Source of the DNA: Euglena gracilis
Lineage: Eukaryota
Assembly (NCBI GenBank): GCA_039621445.1
Contig: CP154954.1
Location: 7,451,425-7,515,424, forward strand
Direction: 5' to 3'
Length of the DNA stretch: 64,000 nucleotides
How positions within the stretch are numbered: position 1 is the stretch's first letter; each line of letters opens with the position of its first letter. The notes beneath the pieces were generated by a model, which saw only the letters and a list, made by a program, of their open reading frames with translations, was not told the DNA's origin and made no database searches. Below are positions 12,401-26,808 of the stretch, one piece after another. Both the position numbers and the translations under genes were made by a program.

Positions 12401-15400
12401 TGCAAAAAAGGTGCAAAAAATTAAAAATGTGCAAAACTGGGCAAAAAAAATGCGCAAAAAATGCGCAAAAAAAATGGACAATGTGCAAAAAATGGGGGGG
12501 ATTGCAAAAAATGCGCAAAAAATGCGCAAAAATGCGAATTTTTGAAAAATTGACAAAAATGTGCAAAAAATGTGCAAAAATGCGAAAAAATGCGAAAGGC
12601 ATTTCCCCCCTGCTTACTCACAATCCATCAAACAGAAAACAATCAAACCAAACAATTTCATTGCTTATGTATTTCAGAGTTCGGCGGCATAGGTGCACGT
12701 GCGCAGACAAACAAACGAATCGTCACGAGATGGGTGGTGGCCCTGCATCGTTGCTTGATCTGCTCATCCTTGACGAGAACAAAAACAACAGCACCTCAAC
12801 GACAAGCCACTGCAGCTGCTATGGGAAGCTACACATCAATTTCACTAACAGCACCATGATCAGCGGTGGTGAACTTCCTGATAATGGGTTTTTGGCCAGA
12901 ACAGAGTGAAATCACTTCGGATAGGCAGGTTTCTGAATCAAGTCATGCATGCAGTTTCTCTCTGGACCGGATGCAAAAACTACACAAAAAGTGGTTTTGC
13001 ATGCCACCTGAAATTACTGCAGAACTATTGATCTCACTGGTGGAAATGCATGAAACCTTGGTGACAAATGTTGAAGCTCAAAAGTATTTAAATACAACTG
13101 TAAATTAAAAAAAATTCAAACATCTTGAAGGAAACGCGCATTCGCCTGAACAGAACCTCCCTCGTTTGACACCACCATGCGTGGCAGTGGATTGCTCCCA
13201 GCAGCTGGAGGATCTAAAACACAGATTCACTTCGTGACAGATTTTGGACCAGCCAAGTGCCATGCCTGAAAAATTTTTAAGTGCTTTCGGATTCTGACTA
13301 GGTCGAAAGGGTGGGTGGGTTGTTGACCCTCACCTTCGGGGGAGGGGTCGTGGGAGGATAGGTTTTGGTGGGTGGTTTGGGGTCCGAGGAAAAGGTCCCC
13401 CCCCCAAATGCCACCCACTCACCCAACCACTCTCGAAAACCCAACCACCCCCTGGAAATGGCAGAACAGAAAGACCTGGTGGGGGGGTACCCCACCCACC
13501 CACCACAGAATTTCCACAATTCCAGGAAAACAGGGAAATTTTTTGAATTTTTTTTGAAAAATGAACCAAAAATAAATAAAAATTTGATGGAAAACCACAT
13601 ATTTTTTCACAAAAATTTTAGGTTTAAACCTTGGTAGATCTTAGGAGGTGGTGAAAAAAATACAGGTCAAAAAATTGAAACCAAGCTATGGCACAATCAA
13701 ATTTTACTGAAATTTTTTCTCTTGGAAATTTTTGGATTTTCAATGGCGTGTTTTTTATTCAAAAACCTCTCAGAATCAAAATTTTGAGAAACTGTTGAAA
13801 CTTTGGGTTTTGGGGAGGACCCCCTGGGGGGTGGGGTCACACGGGTGTTGAATGAATCCATGGTCCACAAAGCGAGGAAGGTGATGGCCACCCAGGAGTG
13901 GGGGGTGTACACCGGGTAGTTCGGGTAGACCTTGTCGCCGTTCTGGCGCTTGTAGGACACGATGGCCACCAGCCCCCCGATGGCGCACCCCAGGCCGGCC
14001 AGGTGGAAGAAGGCGTGGACGGCCCTGCACGGGAGCACCGTAGGGAACCAGAGAAAAATGAAGGCCATAGGCCAAAAGCCCACTGCCCAGCCTTCCTGTT
14101 TATATTTGTTCCTGCTAGCCTGACCGCCTGCCAACCCTATACTCTTTCTCCCAACCATCGATCCATCCCATCAATGATGCATGCAGCCAAATCCTTTCAC
14201 TCTCCAACATTTTCTTTGTTGAAATATTTTCCTCGTTGAAAGAATTTGAAACATTTTCCTCAACTCCCCCCAAAAATAATTTTTCCGGGGGTACACATTG
14301 AGGAATGCGAAATTATGGTCAGGAGTAAATAATAGTAATATTATTCAGGAGTAAAAAATATTTGGGGCATATATTTTTCAAACTAAAATACGCAAAATCT
14401 AAACAAAAAATAAATTATAATAACATCAAAACAGGCATTCACATTATTTCCAAGTCGCGTGGATTGTTGACACTTCATTTTAATATTTTAGGATCCCCAG
14501 AATCGAAAAAAAAGTTCCTCCGCGTCGAGCTGAGAATGGGACTTGTAATGAATTTTCAGACAGATCCTGTTTCAAAAAAAACACCCCCAAAAAGTCAAAA
14601 AAGGGCATTTAACCGCAGCGAAGTGAACCGCAGAAGCTTGGTCCCAGTCCAACCGACCTGCTGCAGCTTGAATGCGAAAGATGTTGGCGGTCTGGGCGTG
14701 TGTGTCAACCCCGACCTCAATACTGGCCAGCTTCCAATGCAGCGTTGCCACATCACAGCCACGTCGAGTTGGGGGCGGCATACTTGGAGGCAGCTCGGGG
14801 TACCGGCAGAGGCCCAAAAAGCGGAACGGAATAAACGAGGAGGGCCTCCTGCATGCAGATCGGAACAAGGCCCCAGCCATTCATCCACCAAACATCCAAA
14901 ACGACTTTGGGGAACAAAGAGAAGTTGGAGAGCGATACGACAATGAAAATGTGCCTGAGAAGATCCTTAATTCGAGGATCAGAGGATTGTGTGTGATCTC
15001 CAAAATGAATTCATGGTAAATGGTAAGGTTACTGAAATTCCCCCATATTTTTCCATAATAATCGACCGGTTTGGCTTCTCGAATCCTTGAGGCTCAGCTA
15101 GAAACTGATTGACGTAACCCAAAAAAATCACATAAAACTTGGAAAGTATTTGACCGTTGATACAATTTTCGATGTTCTGTGACGCGCCCCTTCCCTTCAC
15201 CATGCTGTCCAAATACGATTTTCCAAAAAACGCAGGCGCACTTGAGACCCATTCGCCGCACATTCGCGTTGCAACATGAGCCATCGGTAGGGGGCCTGGG
15301 CAGCACAAAGACGACCATCAGCACGGCGTGCAGGCCGAAGAGGCTGGAGGCGTCGAGCCCGACGCCCCCCTCGGCGTTGAACACCCACATGAAGAACAAG

Positions 15401-16571
15401 GCAAGGAAGGGCACGAGCAGCAGGCGGGGCAGCGCCCGCCTCAGGCCAGCGTTGGTTGGGCGTCCAGACCAAAAACTACCCCAGGGCTGGATAAAGCAAC
15501 CCCCCGCCCATTGTTGGGATACACTGGAAATAACTCAGGGAGCCCCCCCTCGGGGAGGAACATTTTTGTCAAAGTTGGTCAAATATGGAGACAAAATATT
15601 TGGCGCTTTGGCACCGAAAAAAGTCAAAAAGGCCATTACCTTGCGGGGGACCCACATGGCACTTGGAGGGAACCCCTCGGAGGGGGGGGGGGGCTGTCTG
15701 GCGGACCCGCCCACCCTACCCCGTCCCCCAGGGTCCAACCTTTAAAAAAAATCCCTGCATAACTAGGGAGGGTGGCGCTGGACATGAAGGAGATGGGAAC
15801 AGCAATGGGGGAGAAATCAATAATATCTCGCTAAATCAAGCGGATATCAATGGCAAAAAATTTGAAACAATATCTCACAAACAACACAAAATCATGTTCT
15901 TTGAAAGAATTTAAAAATGGGTCAGGACGGGGTGGCCCTGGGAGATGGGGAAGGAGAAAATTACATTGAGTATTACTGCATTTGAAATCACCAAATATTC
16001 GTAATTGGGAAAATATATTATGAGTTTTCTTATAAATAATATGGAGAAATATGTCAATTTTCTTTTGAGAAAAGCACATGCAACAATTTACTTGCGATGT
16101 ATTTTGGTGACTGGCACCGAACGTTGGTCTGGTCCACAGTACCCACCGCCACCAATGCCATGGGCAGGAGGTTGGGGGTACTTCTGGCTGGGCCTCTGTG
16201 GAGTCGTAAAAAGGTTTCTGCAAAAATGCAACAAGAAGAGCATTAGCCTGTCCAAATGCAAAGGCGTGGGGAACAAGGTATTCTACAATTCTAAAAACTA
16301 TTTCATTCCTTTCAAAACAGGAACACTCCTGCACCATCGTGTTGCTGCATTATACCCTACAACCAAAATTAATTTGAAATAATAATAAAAAAGTCAATAC
16401 ACTGAGACACTGACACAAACAAGAGTGAAACACAGAAGGACAGGAGTGGAGCACACCTTCGGGCCACTTCCCCATCTCAGGTTGTGGCTCTTCCGGGTAC
16501 ACGTACACCTCGGGCGTCGGCGTGAAGTACTCCGCCTGCCCAACCTCCGGTGCCGGTGCGGCAAACTGCAT
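9454..16571 (-). CDS. Cytochrome b561 family, tandem copy 2
   Basis: Same exon set as copy 1 (MQFAAPAPEV..., GLHAVLM, QEALLVY, AVHAFFH, TPHSW, TFHRFFG, Met-rich exon, FFVQLFK*). Introns are longer because of insertions and a local duplication. Confidence 0.87.
11959..13028. repeat. Local ~410-bp direct duplication separated by an AAAATG(T/C)GCAAAA array
   Basis: 11959-12369 is repeated at 12613-13028. The spacer 12370-12612 is the A-rich array ending TTTCCCCCCTG. The segment is single-copy in b561 copies 1 and 3. Confidence 0.85.
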
Positions 16572-19500
16572 TCTCAACAACTCCTGCGAAGCGTTGGGGG
16601 CGGGGAAAAGCGGGGCCGCACTTCCCCAGCAGTAATGGGTACGCGCACGCGGGGTGGGAAATGGGTGCCAGGGAAAACCAAATCGCGTCATGGCTGGAAA
16701 CTATCGGGGAATCGGCCACCATTCCGACTGCCAGCGTATGGCACGGCAAGGAGAAAACCAAGGGATTGTGACCCTGGCAAATCGGTACCCTGTCATTGTT
16801 TTCAGTCCCCCAGGTTTGACCCAGAATTCAGCAGTTTCCTACAGGAAGGGTTTCCTCCGGTAGTAGCATATCGCTGTGTATCATGCGGTGAGAGTTTGTG
16901 TGTCTGTGCATGTGGTTAGTGGTCTTATGTGGAAGTTTGAGGGAGTTCGGGGGGGGGGGTCTTTGTGTGTACATTGTTCCACCCCGACGTCGTACCGCTT
17001 CACCGTCAGCTGGGAGGGGAATGCCTTTCCTTGAACAGTGGCCAAGAATACGACACCCCCTTCTGTTTCCTATGATTTTGTGTGTGTGTCTCAATGACTG
17101 CTCTTGTTTTGAACACCAGCCCTCTCTTCAAGGAGTAATGTATAATCCGATGAACCCTTCCCAAGCACAGCTGCTTCAGTGTAGGTTGGTTGTTCTTTTT
17201 TTTTTGTGGTCCACTCCACAGTTTCGACCTGAAACACCTTTAGGGAAGGCCCCTCGTCTGGCAACCTCAAACACATTGGAATGCAGGAGGCCAAAGTGTT
17301 GGCATCCCCGAGAAATTCTACTTCTCATATATCGCCCGCGTACTGACCAGCTGTTTACTTATAGCCCAAGAATCAGTACGATTTTATTACAAAGGCATGC
17401 AATCTGACTATATAACCTCCCTAAACCAAGAATATGGAGGCATTTGACTGGTCTCTTCCGTTTTAACTCCAGGATTTTTCGTCCTCCACTCTGCATTATC
17501 CATTCAGTTTTGCAGTTTTCTGCACCTTGCGATGCGCACCGAGGAACACCTTTCTCCACAGCTGACGAGACTCGGCCTTTCCTGCTGCCCTTTTGCATTT
17601 TGAAGAAAAAAAAAACGTGGGATGCTTTCTGGGGTCACCTTTCTGGCACACTCCCGGGCGTCTCTATCCTGCCGCCTCACCAGTTTTCCGTCCATGCTCA
17701 GCAACTCACCCGAGCGGTATATCTTCCCAACCATCGTTTTTCCTTCTTCACCCTCCCCGGTCCTCTTGCGACCACCGCAGTCCCAGCCAAGTCAGGGTGT
17801 GCTGGCCTCGGGCTTTTCCCTGGCTGCGTGGCGAGGGCTGGCCTAAGCCCGGCTAGGTTTGGGACGGTCCATCGACATTTGAAGAATGTCCACCTGAACC
17901 TGTTTATGACGCGCAGGGCGATGCTAGCACAAACCAACAGACGCTGGACTGTGGGTCTGGGCTTGGGGAGGCTGCTCCCGACCCCACCGCCAGCCACACC
18001 ACCGCCAGAGCCGGCGATATAGGACGGCTCGCGCGAGTGCAGCCCAGGGCTACACGGGGGCGCTGGCCTCCATCATAGTACGTGGCCGAAGCCAGTACTG
18101 GAACTCGGCAGTGGTGCGAACTGGGATGGCGGGGCTCTTCCACAACCACTGTGCCATTAAAAAAAAAAACTGTATGCGACGTCATAGCACACGAGACCAC
18201 ACTGGACCATCCGCTGCGGAAATTTAACTGCTCAGAGAAACACTTCCTCACCAATTCTTCATCCAAAGACTGAGGTTCTTAGCCTCTGACCAGAGAGAGG
18301 CAATTTCACTTTATGGGGGGCAAAAGGGGGGGGGGTGTGAAACTCGGCCAGCACAAAAAGACAATACAAGCAGATCTCTCGCCAAATCATTTTGTTTATT
18401 TGTTTTTGGTATAAATTGTTAAAAAAATATTATTATTAAAATTATTATTATTATTAAAGACATAAAGACACAGGTGGGTTTAACTGTGATGACGAGTGGG
18501 TTAATGTATCCCATCTTGCTCACTTCATGCCCCCCCCCCGGGCAATTGTCGCGCGACAAATCGGGCAGCACGTGGGGGTGGTTGACAATTTCCCGGGGTG
18601 ACAATTTGGCCGGCACAGAAGGGGGCGTCAACTGCCTGGGGGCGTCAATTACCCACCAATGTAAGCCACATTAAAACCAAATGACCAAAAACACCATCAA
18701 AAACGCAATTGAACAAGCAAAAATGCAGCTATGGTTGTGAGCATTTGGTATGCAAAAGTTCACAGCACGCTGTAGCAAAATAGCAGACCAATCGAGTCGT
18801 GTCGGCGATCAGAAAATTCACAGACATCTTCTGTGTGGGGGGAGGGACAAATTGGGCAGCATAGAGGGGGATGACAATTTCCCGGGGTGACAAATTGGCT
18901 GGCACAGCCAGGGGTGACAATTGCCCGGGGGGGGGGGGGGGCAGGTAGGATAGATATTTGGCTGTTTAGAAAAAGTCATAATCCTTCACCACTTGATGTG
19001 CTTCCTGCGAAGGCCACATTCGGGCTGATTGCCCACGACGACAAGAGACGCCAAGAAAAACCAAATTTTCACCCCCTGGCTTTGGACTTCGGAAGGATTT
19101 CAAGACGCTCCGGCGAAATTCTAACATTGGTGGGGGCCACATTTTTTAGGATGACCTCTATCGGCATTCGCTGCGTTCAAATGAGGATAACTTTCATTAA
19201 AACGAGAGTTTACAAAACCCATCAACTTTGACCCCAGACAGTCAGATGTGCGTGGAGACTGAGCACCTTAAAACATTATCCAAAACACAAGTGGGTTTTG
19301 TTTTTTGTTCGAGTTTTACTTTCCTTGAGCGAATTAAATCATAAGCCGAGGGACCATTCTATCATTCTACGGAAAATAAAATGGATTTTTTGTACCCCCC
19401 CCACTGGAAGTTTGGTTGGTGTACAACCTGAATGACCCCGCCGTAGGAGGACACAGCTAGCACACAACCAGCTGTGCCGGACGGTGACTCGAGGCGCCTG

Positions 19501-20998
19501 CAGGCGTTCGTTGCCAGGCACATGGGAAACAGCGGCTGGAGACGATAATTTTTTGCACTACCTCGCAGGCTTGATTCCAGCCCTCCAAAATCACTCATCA
19601 AAAGAAATTTCTTTGGCAATCCAGGAATGCTGAAATGCAAAAAAGATGATCAGACACATAAATTCTGCCCACAAAATAATAATAATAAGAACACCCCAAA
19701 GAAGACCTGCCAAAAAATAAAAAATAAAAAAAGAGCTCACATAGCGTTCCCAGTCACAACCTCAAAACCTCAAAACCTCGTTGCTCAGTGCACGTTGGAA
19801 GAAAGCATTGGCGAAATTGTTTTTGAAGAATTTCCTTTAAAAAAAAATTGTGCAACAACGTTTTACAAAGCTCGTTCAGTGTGCTAAATTAATGTTATTA
19901 ATTAAAAAATAACTGGGAGACTGCACAATTATCAAAAAGGATGGTTTTTAAAAAAAAACTCGAAGAGTGTGCTGTGGAATAGGAAGTTCCTTTCAAGGTA
20001 ATAACAGAAAAAATATATTTTTTCCAAATCCCAGAACGGTTGAGCATGTGCCATGGTCCAAGAATCTAAAGACCTGAAGATTCGGAACAAAAGACTCACC
20101 GACCCACAACTGGGCTGTTGAGCGGTGCAAAGCTTGGGCTATTGGTGGCTTTGCTGTCCAGGAGTACTGCATGGGAAAATGCAGACAATGTGGTTTTCAA
20201 GGACCCTGACTTACACCAGAAACTGGCAGGCTGTTGCTTAAGGACGCCGGGGGGGGGTTCCAGTGACCAGCCATTTTGCTAGACACGGGAAAAAATGGAC
20301 CAGCTGGACCCCGCTCACGCCCCCCCTGGGGGGGGGTCCGCTGATTACGTGATCGCCTCCCGCAATTTTGGCCAGCGGAAATCCTTAATTTCTAATTCCA
20401 CAAAAAAAAATTAAATATTATCCAAAAACGAGAAAACAACTGTCTCAGACGCTTTCCTGGGCCTTTTCTTTTTAGTATCCCCCCCCAAATAAGCAAACTA
20501 TCGAGGATTATTTGAGATTATGCGGTACCCCAGTTTGTGATGGAGCTAAAACAATTGAAAACTCTATTGCAAGAATGCTGTACACTGCATAAACCCATCG
20601 AACGTTCGTTGAATTCTCAGATCCTCCCAGAATGAGGAATGAGAGAGCTTGGAAACAATGAGCAAAAACAGGTAAAAAATGTGGTTGGGCTTCTGGTGGA
20701 AACACCATCTCTGAAAATAGCGGGAAACATAAGAACGATCTTAGGAATCTTGCCTTTTGGCCTGATCGGTGGCCCATCAAAATAACCTTCCGATCTTCCT
20801 TCCAACACCATCCGTTCGATCCACACATAATAAAACTGTGGGTGTCAGCAAGGCAGTGTGTTAGTCGGCCCAAACTTTCGGCAGGGAAATGACAATAGGG
20901 GTGGCAAGCGAGGCAGGCATCAGCCTCCAGCAAGAGAGAGGGGAGGCGGGTCACTTAAGCACAGAATGGGAGGCAAACAATTCATTTACTCGCACGAC

Positions 20999-23900
20999 TC
21001 ACTTGAAAAGCTGGACAAAGAACGTGGCGATCCCGATGAACACCAGCAACAGACAGGCACACAGTGGCTGGGACGTGGATGCGGAGAGGCCGGGACTTGC
21101 TCTGCCCCTCATGACTTGCGAGCAGGGTATTAAAGGGGGGGTGAGGGGCAGGGTTGTATGGGAATCTCTGAGGGGGGGAAGTGGGGGCCCCCCTTCCAAA
21201 ACTAGGGGGGGGGGGACCCCGTCGTACCTCCTCCACTTTTCGGTCGCCGAAAATTTCGGCCGGTTTTTTAGGTCAAAAAATCAATCTTTCTGAAATTTCT
21301 CAAAAATGGCGGGGAATCAGAGGAAATGTCAAAGAACCAAATTAAATTGAAGCCCTTAAAATGCCCTGTCTAACAGCATTTTGATTTTCACGCAATTCCC
21401 CGCCTGCCCCAAATTACCCGCCCCCCCCCCCCTTGTCCAACGACCAGGTCCTGGGGGGTGGTCGTACCACTAGGGGCCAAAACAAAAACAAAAGCCAAAA
21501 AAGGTGCAATTTGATAACGGTGTCGGTTGCCAGGTACGTTCATTTTTTATTTTTCATTTTTCTGCCATTTTGCCAAAATTTCACGTTGAGCCTCAAAAGA
21601 GTCCTAAAATACACCGGCAGGGAGAAGCAAACTTCTTTTTGATGGCCAAGCTCCTATAATTGACACCCAGATTTTTGTCATTTTCGGCCATTTTCGGCCA
21701 TTTTCAGCCATTTTCGGCCAATTTTTCCGAAAAGTGGGCAGGGGGGGGGGGGTAAAATTATTTTATACTCCTTTCATACCATCAATGCATTTGATCATTC
21801 ATGCAGGTGTGAGCTTTCCTTAGAATGGGTGCACACATATGATATATGATTCCAGCCACCGTGGTCTGCAGGCGCTGGAGTAGCAGGCCAGGATGGAGTT
21901 GTACTGGTAGCCCGTGGGCATGTCGGGCATGTCCATGTCCATGCCCGCCATGGACGCCATTGCGTCCGTCATGTTGGGCATCGGACGCAGAGAGTTCCAT
22001 TCAAGAGCGCAGGGGATCCGGCAGGGGGTTGGGACATTGAGCACTTTCTTAGAAAACCAACTATTAGAACAAGCGTCCGTGGGGCTCGAATACCACTAAA
22101 ACAATCTCTGGTTGCCAGCCACGAGAGGTCGCTGGACTGCATGTCCTGGAAGCCTAAGGCACACGTGGCGAGGCCGACCCCGTAGGTCACGTTCCCGAAG
22201 AAGCGGTGGAACGTCGCCCGCACCGCCAACCCCAATCAAAATATGCAAAATTCCACGTGAATTCTCTGCTGAGGGCACTTAAAACCCCACACAGGAAACA
22301 CAGATGGTGGACTCTGTGTGTGGAATTCCGGCAGCTGGGGGACAAGAGTTGACTGGGAAAAAAAATGTTCGGCGTGTTAGGAATCAAATAGACTCGCAGA
22401 CCGCAACTTTTTTAACTTTTGGCACTTCAGCCCGCAGAGAAAAAAAGGTCAAATGGCCAGATCCATCTGAATTGGAAAATTTCAGTGGAAAAAGAGGTCG
22501 GCAAATTCCCATTTGCCCCACGCCCCCCGGGACCTTTTTGCCCCAAACCTTCCTGGTAATCAATGGGATTATCAACAGCCTGGGAATAGCAAACTGGCTC
22601 CGGCATGCGAGGGGCCAGTGGGCTACCCCCCTTACCCAACATCATCACCACCAGTCAGTGAGTTGCGGCCAACTGTTGAAAAAAATGTAAATTCTAACGT
22701 CGAATGCTCACTTTTTGGATTCTAAAATTCTGATAAAAAAAAACTCACAGGTGCAATGTAGCACATTTTAGAAATGCAAAAAAAAAAGGTTCCTTGAGTT
22801 GAATCCGACATCTCAAGTGCACGTACATGAGGGATCCCACCTGGACATTCAATTGGGGACTTCCAACGTGCCCTTAAATGCGGAGATTGACAAGAGTCAG
22901 CTGACTTGAACGTCTACCCATCCCAGCAAATGAACTAAGACAAATAACCAACAGACATCAATAAATTGTGCCTTATTCGCAAAACATCAGACACAAAAAT
23001 CTTTAAACCAAATACTTTCATGTTTCTGTAAATCCGAGTTCGGCGGCATTGGCGTACGTGCGCAGACAAATAAACAATATCGCCATGAGATGGGTGGTGG
23101 CCCTGCATTGTTGCTTGATCTGCTCATCCTTGTCGAGAGCAAAAACAACAGCACCTCAACGACAAGCCACTGCAACTGCTATGGGATGCTACACAGTAGT
23201 TTCAGTTACGGCACCATGACCAGTGCTTCCTGATGATGGATTTTTGTCCAGAACGGCGTGGAAATTGTTTCGGATAAACAGGCTTGTGGATCAAGTCATG
23301 CAGTTTGTCTCCGAAACCAAAAACCACAAAAAGCTCAAAAGCTTTAAAAACGCAACTGTGAATAGGAAAAAAAAAGGAATGCAAACATCTGAAAGAAAAT
23401 GGGCATTCGGCTGTACAGACCTCCCCCGTTTGACGCCGCAATGCGTGGCAGTGGCTTGCTCCCAGAAGCTGGAGGGTCTACAACATAGATTCACTTCGTG
23501 ACACCCGGGGGGACCTTTCCGCCCACCAAAACCCATCCACCCACCACCCCCTCCCCTGAAGATACTTCCAAAATCCAGCCAAAATCGGCGGAAAATACTT
23601 TTCTCGGCATGGTCTTTGGCTGAGCCAAACTCTGCCCCATAGAGCACCCCACTCACCCCGGGGTGGTTCGGCGCCCCAAATCACCCACCCACTCTCGAAA
23701 ACACACCCACCCTGGGGTCACGCAGGTATTAAATGAATAAATGGTATATGAATCTCTGGTCCACAAAGCGAGGAAGGCGATGGCCACCCAGGAGTGGGGG
23801 GTGTACACCGGGTAGTTCGGGTAGACGTTGTCGCCGTTCTGGCGCTTGTAGGACACGATGGCCACCAGCCCCCCGATGGTGCACCCCAGGCCGGCCAGGT

Positions 23901-26808
23901 GGAAGAAGGCGTGGACGGCCCTGCGTGGGAGCACCAGATGGAAGGCCAAAAGCTCACCACCCAACCTGTTTGTTTTTGACCGCCTGCCTGCCTTCTTCCC
24001 TTATTTCCAGCCAGCCATCCATCCATCCATCAAATCAGCCAGCCTTCCAGCCATCCATGATGCAAGCAGTCAAATTCTTTCATTCTCCAACCCATTTTTG
24101 ACGCATTTCCTTTTACCCCCCCTCAAAATATACCCAAAGGTATATATTTGGGCATCCAGAGTTGGGGGCCAGGGGATATAATAAACCCCCCCGAACAGAA
24201 GCGCGGGGCCGCTAGAAGCGCAGGGTTCAAAAAAAAAGCGCACCCCCGTCGCCGATGGCGGCGGTCCACTACAAGCGTCCCCCCATTTCAATGGAATTTC
24301 TAATGGAAATTAACAAAATTCGCGCAGGGAGGGTCCAAATAGAAGCGCAACTCTGGCCGCCGAAGGCGCCGGTCCGCTATAAGCGCACCTGAGCTTCTAT
24401 GCGGAAAAGGGAAATGAAAAGAGGCCATAATAAAAGAGGCCCTATCGGATAATTGGTAGGTTTCAACAGTACAAGAAATGCCCGTGCCACTCAGTCTTTT
24501 GCTGAAGGACCCTGGGGTCAACTGGCCAGCCATTTTTACTTCACACTGCAACGAAGCCAGTTGCTAGAACTCTCGGGGGTCCCCTGACTCAAAAAAAAAT
24601 TTCCTCCGCGCCAAGCTGGGAATGGGACTTGCAATGAATTTTATGCCTGATTCTGTTCGAAAACAAAAATCAAAAAAAAATCACAAGATGGGCATTTTTT
24701 TTTGCAGGTGCTGCGGTGAAAAAAAAATTTCCGGTGCCAAGCGCTTTACCGGTCGCTGGACCAAAAATTCCCTCTAGCCCAACTAGCAGAGCACTTTTGG
24801 GTCTACTGGGATTTCCACAAGACAAACCTGGACTAACTGCAGTCGAGCCCCCCCCCTTGGGATTTGGTAGATTTCAACAGTACAAGAAATGCCCGTCCCA
24901 CTCAGTCTTTTATTGAAGGATCCTGGGGTCCACTGACCAGCCATTTTACTAGACACTGGCAAGAAGCCACTTGCTAGACCTCCCGTGGTCTAGCAAGGGG
25001 CCTCTTTCCCCAACTCGAAATTGCCGAAGTGGGAAATGGGACTTGTAATGAATATCATGCCTGACTTTGGTCCCATGGTCCCATTCCAACCCACCTCACT
25101 GCAGCTTTGACTGCGGAAGACGTGGGGGTTCTGCGCGTTACACAACACCCGTGTTAAGCAATCCCGACCTCAATACTGGCCAGCCTCCCATTCATCGTTG
25201 CCACATCACAGCCACGTCGAGGTGGGGGCGGCATACTTGGAGGCAGCTCGGGGAACCGGCAGAGACCCGAAAAGCGGAACGGAATAAACGAGGAGGGCCT
25301 CCTGCATGCAGATTGGAACAAGGCCCCAGCCAGTCATCCACCAAACATCCAAAACAATTGTTGGGGAACAAAAAGAAGTTGGGTACGATACGACAATGGA
25401 AATGTGCCGGCGAAGGTCCTTAATTCGGAAACCAACACATGGCATACGAAAAAAACTACCACAGACAATAATGGTAAAATTACTGAAATTTCCCCACATT
25501 CGCGTTGCAACATGAGCTGTGGGGGGCCGGGGGCCTGGGCAGCACAAAGACGACCATCAACACGGCGTGCAGGCCGAAGAGGCTGGAAGCGTCGAGCCCG
25601 ACGCCCCCCTCGGCGTTGAACACCCACAGGAAGAATAGGGCGAGGAAGGGCACGAGCAGCAGGCGGGGCAGCGCCCGCCTCAGGCCAGCGTTGGTAGGGC
25701 GTCCAGGACCATCAGGATACACTGGAAATGTGGCCATATCAGATAAGTTTTTTTTTAAGGCCGGGCAGACCATTTTGGGGGGTCGAAAATTTTGATGCCT
25801 TTGCACCGAAAAAAAAGGCCAAAAAAGGCCAGAACCTTGTGGGAGACCCACAAGGCACTTGGAGGGAACCCCCCGGGGGAGGGGCTGTCCGGCGGACCCA
25901 CCGACCATGCCCTGTCCCCCAGGGTTCCAACCTTTGAAAAGTCCAGAAAATTTATGCATAACTAGGAAGGGAGGGAGGCGCTGGACATTAGACAATTGGG
26001 GAAAAAAAGTGGGGAATAAATCAACAATATCTCGTTAAAACATTCTGATGCCAATGACAAAAATGATAAAACAATGCCTGACAAAAGGACACAGGAGAAT
26101 ACTCTTTGAAAGAATTTGAAAACCATGGATCAGGACGGGGTGGCCCTTGGAGATGGGGATGGAGGTATTTACATTGAGTCTTACCGTATGTTAAAAAATC
26201 ATCAAACATACATAAGCTGGAACATGTTATTTGTGTTCAAATAAATAATACAAATAAGCACGAATATGTTAATTCCGAACACAAATAAACATGAATATAC
26301 CAATTTAAAACAACACACGCAATTATTTGCCTGCGGCATCTTTGGTGACTGGCACCGTACGTTGGTCTGGTCCACAATGCCCACCGCCACCAATGCCATG
26401 GGCGGGAGGTTGGGGATACTTCTGACTGGCCCTCTGTGGAGTCATAAAAGGGTTTCTGCAAAAATACAAGCAGAAGAGAATTAGCCTGTCAAAATGAAAA
26501 CGCACGGGGAACAAGGCATTCTACAGTTCTGAAAAATATTGCACTCCTTTCAAAACAGGAACGCTCCAGCACCATCGTGTTGCTGCATTATACCCTACAA
26601 CCAAAATTAATTTGAAATAATAATAAAAAAGTCAATACACTGAGACACTGACACAAACAAGAGTGAACACAGAAGGACAGGAGTGGAGCACACCTTCGGG
26701 CCACTTCCCCATCTCAGGTTGTGGCTCTTCCGGGTACACGTACACCTCGGGCGTCGGCGTGAAGTACTCCGCCTGCCCAACCTCTGGAGCCGGTGTGGCA
26801 AACTGCAT
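20999..26808 (-). CDS. Cytochrome b561 family, tandem copy 3 (5' half more diverged)
   Basis: Same exons. Exons 7-9 are near-identical to copies 1 and 2, while introns 2-6 are clearly diverged. ATG at 26808, TGA at 20999. Confidence 0.87.

Noticed and set aside
22778-22930. Copy-3-specific segment with a hairpin and poly(T) as a tRNA, SINE or Pol III RNA
   Set aside because: No cloverleaf or convincing A/B boxes could be drawn, and it occurs only once.
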